Part shown: one piece after another, positions 1 through 10,477 of the stretch
Position numbering within the stretch: position 1 is the stretch's first letter
How the letters are laid out: the number at the start of each line of letters is the position of its first letter
From: Atractiella rhizophila
Lineage: Eukaryota
Assembly (NCBI GenBank): GCA_021432655.1
Contig: MU271411.1
Span: 50,210-70,209 of the forward strand
DNA: 20,000 nucleotides
Direction of reading: 5' to 3'
The notes under the pieces: model-generated
Told to the model about the DNA's origin: nothing
The model's database searches: none
The model's input: only the letters and a program-made list of their open reading frames with translations
Translations under genes and position numbers: made by a program

Positions 1-89
1 ACAAAATTTCTAACTTTCCTGTCAACTTTTTTTTTCTCCACTTATAGTAGACCGAGCAAAGGAAGGTGCCTTTGAGCTTAGCGTGGAGG

Positions 90-3000
90 CTACATCGTTG
101 TTTTCTTGCCCCCTAGCCGGAACGTTTTTCTGAGACTGAGATTGCTCTTGGCTCGTGGAAGCCGTAGACCTCTGACCCCTAAACGTTTCGACATCTTTGC
201 CCGCCACTATAAGCGATTAGAAAACGGCTGCTGAAGAACAGTTGAAGCACCTCTCACATCGTCTACCTTTTCTAGGTCACGGTTCCCAGATGTCTCTGAC
301 TCATCCGTTTCGCTTGTCACACTAGCAGCCGATGAAACCTCTTTGATGTCCCAATTGCGATGACTGGCGCCGGGTAAAGCATCGTTGCTTTCATGAACAG
401 GTTCGTCTTCTGCACTGCTCTCATCTTCGCTATCCCCATCTCCAGTGCTATTGCCGTCATCCTCCTCACTATCGCTGTGAGGAGTACGAACATCCGTCGA
501 AGGCCGTGTTATTGCGATTGACGGTGCGGTGCCTCCAACAGCACTCGTGCTAGCACTCGTTGACGGAAGAGAAGGTCCGGCAGGATGGGGTCGAGGAGTC
601 TCTGGGACGTCCTCTTGCGCGGCCGGAGGGAGAATCTCGTCATTCGCTTCCTCCTCATCGGAGCTATCGCTGTCATCATCCGCGTCGCTCGAACTAATAG
701 ACGAACCCTCTTCCTCAGATGCCACATGGTGGAATGGCTGAGGATCTGGCGTTGAGGCTGAAGCGTCTTCAGCGACACTCTCTGCATCTTTGGCGACGCT
801 CTCTACATCATCTGAGTCCTCAGATTCGGTCAGCGGTTGAGATTGAGTAGACGAAGACTGTGGTGGAGGGTCGACGGCTGGTGGAGTAGACAGTGATTGG
901 GCGACCGGAGCTTGTGTTCGGGAAGATATTTCAAGTAGAATTGTAGCGTCCGCTTGGTCATCTTCGCTGTCGTCTTCTGAATCTGGGGGACTGGACGTGG
1001 GCTGAAGCTCTGGTTCAGCTGTTTCTGGGGCTGGTCCCACCGTCTTCGTCGATATAATTCTCTTCCACAAGCAGATATGAGACGTACTTGTTGTCACAGG
1101 AGACGGAACGCCATCACCAGTTGCAGCCTCCCTCTTCCAAGTCTTTTCTGAATTCAGTAGCGAGCCTAGTTCTTCCACTATATTACTCTGTGCCGCCTCT
1201 GCAACGTCGGGAGGAGGCGCTGTCGCCTCTGTCACTTTCCCACCAACCTTCTCCTCGAACTCGTCGCCCCTTTCCAGCAACTCTCCACCATCAGATCCAG
1301 TCTTCACATTCATCTCTCCGTTCCCTCTACTCTCTTCAGCGCCCTCCTCATCCGAGTCTTCTGCCAGAACAGGTGCCAAATGCTGAGCGTCATCTTGCGA
1401 AATACTGCGAGCTTCTGTATCCTCAGCATCGCTTTCGTCTGAGCTGTCTAAATCGTGAGGTGCCGTGCTCGCCGTTGCATCTGGCACATTGCCGATAGCG
1501 TCAACTTCTTCGACTGACCCTTTTTGCTGCACAAATTCATTGTCTCTTCCAACCTCCTCCACCTCATCTCGTAGGAAAGGATCTCCCCCCACAGCGATGT
1601 CGGTAGTGGCCTCTCTGTCTTCCTCGTCCCCGCCATCAGAAAACTCGGATCCCTCCCCGTCAGCTATTACCTCCTCTTCGCCATCGGATTGCTCGGTTGG
1701 AGCTGTCTTTGGCACTTCCATCAATGCCGGCTGCACAAGCTCCACGCTTGTTGCCTGACTTGGAGGTGCAGCCTGCTCGGTTGGTGATCGCGCCACCTCC
1801 TCAGTTTCTTCCTTTTCTTCCTCATCCGATTGCTCAGCCAGAGCCAACGCATGAGCCGAAGTCACCTCCGCTTCTCCTTCACTGTCACTATCCTCTTCCT
1901 CCTCAGACTGTTCTGCCTCCGTGCCTGCCTGTGTTGAAGCTACCTTCAAAAGGGATCCTTTTCTCTCACCCTCTTCCGCCTTCAACGCTTCTGGCACTGC
2001 GGAATCCGGCGCAGGAGCATGTCTCGAGACAGTCACATCAGTTTCACTCTCGTCTTCATCCTCCTCTTCGTCCTCCTCGTCTGAATCATTAGCTACCTTG
2101 AGAGACTGTTCCGAAAGCACCTCCTTGCCAGCCGCTCGTTCTCCTGGCTCGTTTGCCTCATTAGCGGCCTGAGGAGAGTGTGCAGGAAGCAACGGCTTGC
2201 CAGCAGCTTCTTCGCTCTCTTCATCCTCCTCGTCTGACTCCTCAGATGAGTCGCTGTCGTGTTCCGAGGGGGCCACTTTTGCTGCTGAGTCTGTAGCATC
2301 CTCTTCAGAACTTTCCGCATCTTCTTCGTCCGAATCATCCGCCTCCCAGATCATCTTGACCACTCTGGCCGCATCCTCCCTCAAACTCTTCCCACTCTCT
2401 CCTTCACCCGCTCCATCTTTCGTTCGTTCATCAGTGAACCAGCCTACAACAGCCTCCTTCGTGATAACTTCTTCTTCCCAAAAGGTGGCAATCAAGCGGG
2501 CAAAGATAGGACGGTGAGATTCATGAGAGGCACAAAACTGTTGCATGGCGAGAAGGATATCGATTCCGGACTTCGTTGGTTCTTCCAACCAGGCCGAAAC
2601 GAGAGGGTTCCACTTCGCAATCACGTTTCGAGCGCGATCAGCCGTCTCTTTCGGAGTTGCAGCGGGTTCGATACGCTCGACCAGGAATCCGATCACGGTA
2701 CGTAGTACAAGGGAATTTTCGACGTTGCTTGATAAACGCAAGGTCTTGAGTTCGATGATGGTCGTCTCCGGTTGAAGGTTCTCGTCGTAAGCACGCCTGA
2801 GAGACTCGAGACAATGCACAATGAACTTTTGGTTTTTCTGTTCGACGGCTGCATTGCCCGAAAGGGACTCGATGTTGGCAATCGCAGGAGCCTCAAATTC
2901 GGAAGAGGGACCGGAAGAAAGGGATTCAGAGGCTGAGGAGGACGATCGCGAGCGGCCAGAAATGGATGAACTCGATGAAGCGGTTGAAGCAGCATAGTCG

Positions 3001-5176
3001 GCGCGTCTGGATCCTAAGTAGGCGTCAGTGGAGGAAGCGGCGAGCGGAATTTCCTACCTAGGTTGTAAAATATTTCCATCCTCTTGTCCCAATCCTCATC
3101 TTCCTCATCCTCCTCGTCTTCTTCGTCCACATCGTGAGGTTTCGACCATATCCACCCTTTGACTCCATCAACTCCTTCTCCCTCATCATCATCCCATCCG
3201 ATCCACAGATCTTCCACCTCCGCACCTTCATGTACCTCCACTTCATCGCCCAGGATGCAATTCAGAACCCTTGCTCCGCCCTCGATGACTACGCCTTCTG
3301 AAACAACACTATCCTTCACCACTGCACCTTCGCCAATTACTGCACCTGCCATGACGAAAGAGTTGTCGATGCTCGCTCTCATGCCGATCGTGACATTGGG
3401 GGAAATGGAAGAGCGGGAAATAGTTGCGGACGATCCGATATTGGCAGACGAAGAGATGATGGCCGACGGACCAAGCCTCGCCGAACTGTCAAACACTCAT
3501 ATCAACAACGACCAAGTTAGGATGACGAATACACACGAATGTACGCTCGCTGAGCTGGAAAGGAACACCTTCCTGGGGCGTAAATCAAATGTTGATGCTT
3601 CTTCAGGCAAGAGGTTGTCAAGACTTAATGGATAGAACCAGCGGCCGGTGATTGCTTCTCGAACGGATTGCCAACTTTTTGGACTCGAGAGGATTGCGGC
3701 GTATTCTCCGGTTTCGGATGGGGACGAAGAGTTGATGGTCGAACATCGCATGGTAAGGTCGAGGATATCAGACTGTAAGACACCGCGAACGAAGTCGGGA
3801 AAGATGGTTTGCCAGTCGAAATTCTCCGTGAATTGAGCTGGGACCTGTTTGCAACAAATATTAGACTACAACTGCAAATTCATCATGCGCCAACGGGTCA
3901 CAAACCTCTCCGGTACAAATCCAGACTCCGAGACTACTCAGACCAGTATTCATGACGACCTCTTTCCCGTCCGACAGTATCTCTTTGGGGACCTTTAACC
4001 GCCCAGTCAGACCCTTTGCTTTGGGGTATTTCGGCGTCTCTGAGTAGTGGACGAGTCCTCCTTGAGGAGTTGTCACGAAGCAAGTAAGGACTTCCTTAGT
4101 CTATCGCATAGCAATTGTCAGCGTTACCCAACATTGGAGTGGGGAAGGTCCGACGCACCCGATGCCGATCGACTCTCTCACCAGTGCATCCATGACCAGT
4201 TTCGGGTCTTTCTTCCGCAGGGCTCCAAATTGTGCGCATCGTTCGGTGAGAGGGATGTTACCAATGTAGCCCGCTTGAACGAGGAGAAATTCACGACCGA
4301 TGTCGAGAAGATTGAGGGAGTCGATTTCTCGAAGGACGTCTCCTACTGAGAGACATTGGGTCTGGCGAAGCGTTATTCGCAGACTTGAAGAAGGTAGAGT
4401 GCTGCAGCAAATCAGTGATGTAAGAGAAGGTACAGTGCAGGTACGTACGAGAGGTAGTCGCGGATGAAGGGATGACCACGCCGAGCGAATATTATTACTT
4501 CTTCGACACCTCCAAGCGCGAGTGACTGAAGTGTCCAGCTCAGGATTGGAAAGTCGAGGAATTTCAGGAGGCACTGTTAAACCAGCTCATCAATCAGCGG
4601 AAGTTGAGGACGAAGAGCACTGTCGTCGGCAGAATCAAGGGAAAGGAAGGTCAAGAAGGTGGGGCAGAAGACCTCACTAGGTAAAAGGGTTCTGGAGTCA
4701 TCGCCCTTCAGGTTTGCACTCGGCAAATGATATCCAATATAATATAATGAAACGATGCTTGATTTAATGACATTAATGGTTAATTTTGAAGCGAACGATT
4801 TGAGAAAATAATGCCTTGGTTTGACAGAATAACGCCCGATTGATAAAACCAATGGTTCGTCCGATAAATAATTAATGGTTTGAAAAACCCATTCTTGATT
4901 TGACATCCAGTCTGAAAAGAAGACTGGACATGAGAAGCTACAGCTTATGAAGCTCAAATTTCACATAATGCTAAATCATAAAAGCAAAAAGCAACGTAGA
5001 TCGATCAAATTGCACTGAAGAGAACGCACCCATGGCTTCCCTTCTACGTCCTCCTCATCATTATCAACAAGAGGACCCCAATAATGCACAGCTTCTTCTG
5101 TGAGATCAGCAAATACTACTGCCTGAAGCGGCAGCTCTTGGATGGTATCTTCTTTCGAGTCCTTCCCTGCTGCCAT
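90..5176 (-). CDS. GCD6: Translation initiation factor eIF2B epsilon subunit, multi-exon, with long acidic C-terminal extension
   Basis: ATG at 5176. Exon 5030-5176 (PLQAVVFAD...PW), exon 4449-4573 (CLLKFLDFPILSWTLQSL), exon from 4401 (SVGDVLREID; donor near 4154-4181 ambiguous), exon 3906-4100 (LVHYSE), exon 3537-3844 (FTENFDWQ motif, RWFYPL), exon 3058-3485 (hexapeptide left-handed beta-helix), then from 3013 the W2/HEAT domain (IELKTLRLSSN, FWEEEVITKEAVVGWF, WEADDSDEE). The ORF stop at 207 is the TAG of a likely intron (CTAAT branch), so the CDS probably ends at 90, or at 22 with the alternative donor. A possible in-frame intron lies near 1031-1087. Confidence 0.92.
4574..5029 (-). other. 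Oversized (456 nt) first intron of GCD6 with AT-rich core
   Basis: GTGCGT donor at 5029, CTGAT branch and AACAG acceptor at 4574. Splicing joins KPW|CLL in frame. Most other introns here are about 45-90 nt. Confidence 0.85.
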
Positions 5177-5472
5177 GTTTCTGACGTTTGGTGGATGTTC
5201 TCGGGTGCGAGATCGGTGGGAGGTGCAGTGATTGGGATCGTCGCACATGGACTGCTGCTGCTGCTGGTGGGGGAGGTGAGCAAGATGTCCCTACGTGCTG
5301 AATGATATCAGTTGCTGAATATGATGAGCTTTTGTTGTGACTGGGAAGAAACTAGGGCAGGACTACAGCCATGGTCATAGTCGCATCCGCAGCATCATAA
5401 ACGAAACGACGACGCGTCTTCCAACTACTAACCGACTTGTGTCAGTCGATAGCTAGCTAAACTCAGCCCAAC
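5177..5472. promoter_or_regulatory. Probable bidirectional promoter shared by GCD6 and RPN10
   Basis: The two ATGs (5176 minus, 5473 plus) diverge only 296 bp apart. No specific motif identified. Confidence 0.6.
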
Positions 5473-7625
5473 ATGCCGCTCGAAGCTACTATGATCCTGT
5501 ATCTTCTTTCTAGTTTTTGTGTAATCCAAAGAAACTGACGAGCGGTAGGCTTGACAACTCTTCCCACTCCATAAACGGCGATTACCTCCCTACTCGCTTC
5601 CAAGCTCAATCCGACGCTTCGACCATTGTTTTTAATAGGAAAACAGGTAGCAATCCTGAGAGTGAGGTTGGACTGATGACTATGGCTGGGAAGGGGTGAG
5701 TCTCTGCTTCTTGTTGTGCTTGTGCAGGTTGTGGGAAGGAGAGTTGTTTCTTTCTTATTTCACCTTGTTATCCAAAAGAGAGTTGTCAATCTGACCCCCC
5801 TCTTGATGGCCTTTGAGCGAAATGTCTGATGAAGCTGAAACGGAGACACATTGAAACCAACCCGGAGTGTGCTCGTTTTGTAGCCCAACTAGGTTTCTTC
5901 CTGTAGACAATCGAATGTCTATTTCTGTGCATATTATAGGCGTAGTCTGCTTTGATATCTTGTGCCCTTATCATCATACGCGCATGCTCCCGTCGAGGCG
6001 GGAATTGAAAGCGTCTGAGTGACTTTCGTTCCGAATCCTGAACTGCTGGAACCTTACCGCTCACGCTTGTGCCAACTGTGGCGATTATTCTTGGATAAAA
6101 CCAGATCGTATTGAATGTTTCATGCGGCTGCTGATGGTGATCATGGAGACTATTCTCTAGTACAGAGCCACGGGGAAACATTTGGATTAGCCTACATTCG
6201 CTTAGTAGGTAGCTCAGAGTTACTTTCCCTTACACATTGACCGCTGGGAGTATGTTGTTATCTCGGTCTTATCGCGCATCAATCTCTTTGTGCAATATGC
6301 GTCATTCAAGTGGAGCCATTTCTGCACCATGGGATGGCGAATTGATTAGCCATTGGGCAGCTTGAATAACCCGCGCAAAAGTGGTCAATGGTTTCCCTCT
6401 ACGAAGAAAATAATAATCTGTTGATCTCAACTGATTGGCTCGCAGGCCAGAAGTTTTGGTTACCCCGACAAAAGAACTCGGAGCCATTCTGACGAGTATA
6501 CACGAGATCAAACAATCTGGAGAAGCCGATTTTGTGACTTCTATCCAAGTTGCACAAGTACGCATCAATAGTGCACGATTTCTCCCGACCTGACCTGTCA
6601 ACAGCTAGCGCTCAAACATCGGTCGAACAAGAACCAGCGGCAACGTCTTGTCATCTTCGTCTCTTCCCCTCTAACCTCACCATCAACCTCAGTAGGCAAT
6701 CTCGAAAAGCTGGCGAAGAAGATTAAGAAGAACAACGTCGCTGTGGATATTGTACTCCTCGATGGATATGGGGCGGAAGAAGCAGAAATCTTAGCTGCGT
6801 TGGGAGGGAAAGGGAGCGGTGGGGAGACCACCGAAGAGCGTTTGAGGAAGTTTATTGAAGGGGTCAATAGCAGCGATGATAACAGGTCAGTTCCCCATCT
6901 GTCTATCGGAGGAGACTGACTCAAAGACGTCAGCCATCTTCTCGTCGTTCCTCCCGGCGTTGGTCTCCTCTCCGACATACTCATCTCTTCCCCCATTCTA
7001 TCAGAAGACATGCCTGGCGGCTTCGGCGACGGCGGCGGAGACGTCGCTGCTGGTGGAAGTGGAGCATTCGCGGATTCAGGAGGCATCGATCCGAACGCAG
7101 ATCCAGAACTGGCTATGGCACTTCGGATGTCTCTAGAAGAGGAGCAGGCCCGTCAACGAGCCGCCGCCGCTTCTTCGTCTTCGTCCACGAGCGCTGAAGT
7201 ACAAGCTCAAACTTCAAACGCTGCTCCTGTGGAGGATGCGGATACCGCTGATGCTCCGGCTGGGAAGGCGCTAGCTCAGTCGAAGAAGCGTAGTGGATCC
7301 ACTACACCGAGAGCGAAGACTCCACCGCCCGCAAAAAGGCAGAGAGAGGATGAGGATATCGACATGGAGGGAGACGATGATGCGGAGGAAGATGATGAAT
7401 TGGCACGGGCGTTGGCTCTCAGTCGAGGTGGTGCGTCACTCGTCCCCTGTCCTGATGCAGAATTGAAATAACGCCGGAGTAGACGATAACGCCGGAGTAG
7501 ACGATGACGTCGACATGGAGGGTGATGATGAAGGCGGAGCAGAAGAGGAAGAGATGAAGCGAGCATTGGCTATGAGCTTGAGAGATTACGAGAACGAGGA
7601 CAAGAATCAAGAGAGGCAGGAATAA
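5473..7625 (+). CDS. RPN10: 26S proteasome regulatory subunit Rpn10 (vWA domain + UIMs)
   Basis: Exons 5473-5498, 5549-5695, 6446-6557, 6605-6885, 6934-7430 and 7483(or 7501)-7625. They give [29 protein letters not shown]...[15 protein letters not shown]...[16 protein letters not shown]...[10 protein letters not shown], then UIMs [28 protein letters not shown] and [10 protein letters not shown]. Confidence 0.96.
5696..6445 (+). other. Oversized (750 nt) intron 2 of RPN10, candidate structured intronic RNA
   Basis: GTGAGT donor at 5696, CTGAT branch and CGCAG acceptor at 6445 join GKG|PEVL in frame. Many complementary segments found by eye (see findings). The intron is well supported; the ncRNA interpretation is tentative. 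Confidence 0.6.
7468..7503 (+). repeat. Perfect 18-bp tandem duplication across the last 3' splice site of RPN10
   Basis: ATAACGCCGGAGTAGACG occurs twice (7468-7485, 7486-7503). The AG acceptors at 7481-7482 and 7499-7500 are in the same frame. Confidence 0.9.
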
Positions 7626-7908
7626 GGTCATATTAGTGTAAAGGTCAGATTAAACAGGACAAACACGCTCCATTGGAATATGGAATTGACTGGCTATCAA
7701 GGGTACCACTAAGAAACACTCTTTACAGGCAAACTTCAGAAAAAAGCAAAGCGAACTCCCAGCCTCGCCGCTTTCGCAGCTAAGGTACCACCTCTGTGTT
7801 GCCCTCTGTGTTGTAAGGTTGCAGTATGGACTGGAAGTTGCGTTGCTGCCTGTGCGCCCATACGGTGAATGTTATGCGATGCGTGCGCTCGCGACTTGCC
7901 TTTTATCC

Positions 7909-9171
7909 TCAATGAAGATCGGGCTTGTCGGTTCCCACAACAGGCGCTATCACATGTCGCTTCCACCGTTGCACAGGGTTTTTGAAGCGTCGTGCGAGAC
8001 CAGGATGAACAAGGATGGCCATCAGCGAGCTGAAAATGCCAATCCCAGCCAGTACAGTCTGCTTAGTTTTGGTGAAGTAAGGAATAGCGGAAATGCTTGC
8101 TGCGAGTGCAGAAAAAGCGACCAAAATTGATAGAAATTCTCTTGCAAGGCGAGACAAAGCATCCAATTTTGAAATCTTGATCAGATCATCGTGTCGTTCC
8201 GTCAAGGTCCTACTGGAGTTAACGCCGTCAATGTTATTCATGTCGTCCTCGATCTTTCAAACTCACTTGTATTTCAGTGGTGCCCCGGGTCTGTGCCATG
8301 ATAGCAATTAGCAAATAAAGCACGAAAGTAACGACTGGCAAGTACGAACTCCGGTCTGTTCACTGGGCCAAGAAAGTCCGATCGGTAGACCTTTGTTAAC
8401 TGGAGACGCCGATGTTGAATTTTCAAGTTCTGTCCATCCTCAACGATTTGATCTCGGATGAACCCACTGGCAACGAGCGGTTCTGTCAACAAAGTAAGCA
8501 GCAACTGTACGAGAAGGACAACGCATACTGCTTTCATCGTCTATAAAAGTACTTAAGACGTCCACGCGAACAAAAGCATCGATTTCTCCAGATTTTGGTT
8601 CTGAAGTTGATTCTACATGAATTTCAAAATATGCGTACTGTCAATGGAGTGCAAGTCAGTTCGCCTACGTGAGTGTCATATTTTGGATGTTCGTACTGGG
8701 AAAAAGCAGGAATGATAGATATCTTTAGCGGCCCTGGTGCACGAGAACCGCGGTACCTTCCCTGGCCCTGACAACACCGTAACAGCCCACACATTGGCTG
8801 GTCATTCGTTTCAGATAGCCAATTTCTTCGCATAAGAGAAATAGCCCACAATCGGTGTGATATGAATTGAAACGTATACTTTTCAGGTCGTGACGATCCA
8901 CGGCCCCCCCAATTCCGCCTCCACTGAGACATCCTGTAGAAAATCAGTCAAAGTGACGCAGGGTCTTTGGGACACGACCTAGGGAATCTCTGACCAAGGC
9001 AAAAACCTTGTGGTGCAAAACAGCAGGTCTCATCTCCAAGGTAGCCTCGTCCTTCAAGCGAGTTACTTCGTTCTCCAATACTGCAATCCTCGCCTCCAAG
9101 CGTGTGAATTCATCCTCACAGTTGCGAGCGGGAGCCTGCGACGAGCCAGTGGAGGAGATGCCATTGGACAT
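7909..9171 (-). pseudogene. Six-exon orphan gene (N-terminal coiled coil, two C-terminal hydrophobic segments) with three in-frame TGA codons in exon 2
   Basis: Exons 8995-9171, 8697-8933, 8529-8637, 8350-8482, 8267-8290 and 7909-8209 splice in phase through 46-61 nt GT-AG introns (327 codons). TGA codons lie at 8883-8885, 8811-8813 and 8802-8804. Confidence 0.6.
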
Positions 9172-9593
9172 TGTGCCTTTCTTGGCGGATGAAGGAGGGC
9201 ACGATGGGACAGCTGGATTTGATCACAAAACTCCTTGACCAATTGGATGGATGCTTTAAAGACCTGGCTGCAACCGACCATGCAGGGAATTACGAGAGAT
9301 GTTCACCGCTTGGTCCTGTTCTACTTGCATGATTCGTTGTTGCAATGCAGGCACATTCTGAGGCATTGAACGTACGACACCTTCTTGAACATTGAATCGC
9401 TGGGTACTCCATCTCATGCATAATTATTGAATGGGGTCGGTCGATCGCAGCACATCGTTCAGTGGAAATTCGTGACGAGGGACGGACGGTCAAACAGACA
9501 TCCTGCGATCCAGCCTTGGATCACCATCTTCGCGAGCATTTGAAAGTTGCGCTAGAAAGAGGATCCACACTTCGTGTGAAAGTGAAGCTAAGG

Positions 9594-10477
9594 ATGTCCT
9601 CACAAGAACAAACGCCGTGAGTATTTCTCAAGGCTTTGCCTTATCACGAATTTGTTGTAAGTTGACGCAATTTTCAAGCCCTCCTGTGGTGCTGAAAATA
9701 TGCAAGGTGACCGTATACTCCCTTTCTCCAAGTCGTTGTTGCTGATGGGAGTGAGGTCCATTCAGGTGTACCTGCAAGATATTGGCATCATCGACCATGA
9801 TGGGGAGGCTGCCTTAGGACTTCGACTTTCATTTGATTTTGCCAACTCGCAGCATCGAAACCTTACCAAACTCTTTCTAAAAGTCGAATTTTCTGCGAGT
9901 ACAAACAACCCTACTCGAATAAAGACCATGTATCCCTACAAGTCATCAAAGAACTGGCCAGTTCAATCCACCAATCATCTGATCACAGTTCAGCTGACAA
10001 AACAATGTAGGAACAATGCAAGACATGAAGGAGATGCAGCGATCGCATATCCTTGTAAATTCGAGGATCTTTTTGGATCGCATAGCGATGAATGGTTTGC
10101 TCCTCAGCGTGGCGGCTTCCTGCCCATGGGAATTCATAGCCGCAAAGCAACCTGGGTGCTCGAAGGTGATATCATTGGCCATGTTCTACGACAAAGGCAC
10201 TGAATAATTAGCAGGCGAACAACTGATGGACTGGTCTGGCTTTTCCATTGTCGTCGAAACGCGAAATAAGGATTTTGATATCAACGTCGAGGTTAGAGCT
10301 AAATCTCACAGCGAATCTGGCATAATGTCTTTCTTGGGAATACACAAAGAAGTCGCGAAAGCCACACCTCCTCTTTCATCAGGACACGAGTGGCCCGAGG
10401 ACTGGCCTGACGCCAAGGATGTGGCTAATTGGAAAACCACGAAAGATGCTGCGGAGAAATGGAGTGCTAAAGTATGA
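9594..10477 (+). CDS. Hypothetical protein, multi-exon, beta-strand-like composition, no recognised family
   Basis: Exons 9594-9616, 9679-9712, 9766-10165 (possibly one more in-frame intron) and 10215-10477 give MSSQEQTPPPVVLKICKVTVYLQDIGII...WVLEGEQLMDWSGFSIVVETRNKDFDINVEV... The model joins ORFs 9700-10203 and 10226-10477. The end could extend to 10523 via a short intron. Confidence 0.6.

Noticed and set aside
509..2775. Many Ser-rich antisense or alternate-frame ORFs, and similar ones over RPN10, FUR1 and MED13
   Set aside because: These are shadows of the real low-complexity coding sequence.
4670..4730. RNase P or U5-like words in the GCD6 intron (GAGTGCAA, GAACCCTTTTACC)
   Set aside because: No matching CR-I/P4 partner, and the U5 loop and stem are not satisfied.
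5824..5860. Hammerhead ribozyme (CTGATGA...GAAA)
   Set aside because: No stem II or stem III can be formed around the core.
6013..6112. TPP riboswitch-like words (CTGAG, TGGATAAAACCAG)
   Set aside because: It lacks CTGAGA and the correct P2/P4 junctions, and the host gene is unrelated to thiamine.
6270..6350. HDV-like ribozyme (GGCGAAT)
   Set aside because: No P3/L3 consensus or P1.1 pairing.
8274..8537. Secreted protein with signal peptide MKAVCVVLLVQLLLTLL
   Set aside because: The hydrophobic stretch is the translation of intron 8483-8528 of the six-exon gene.
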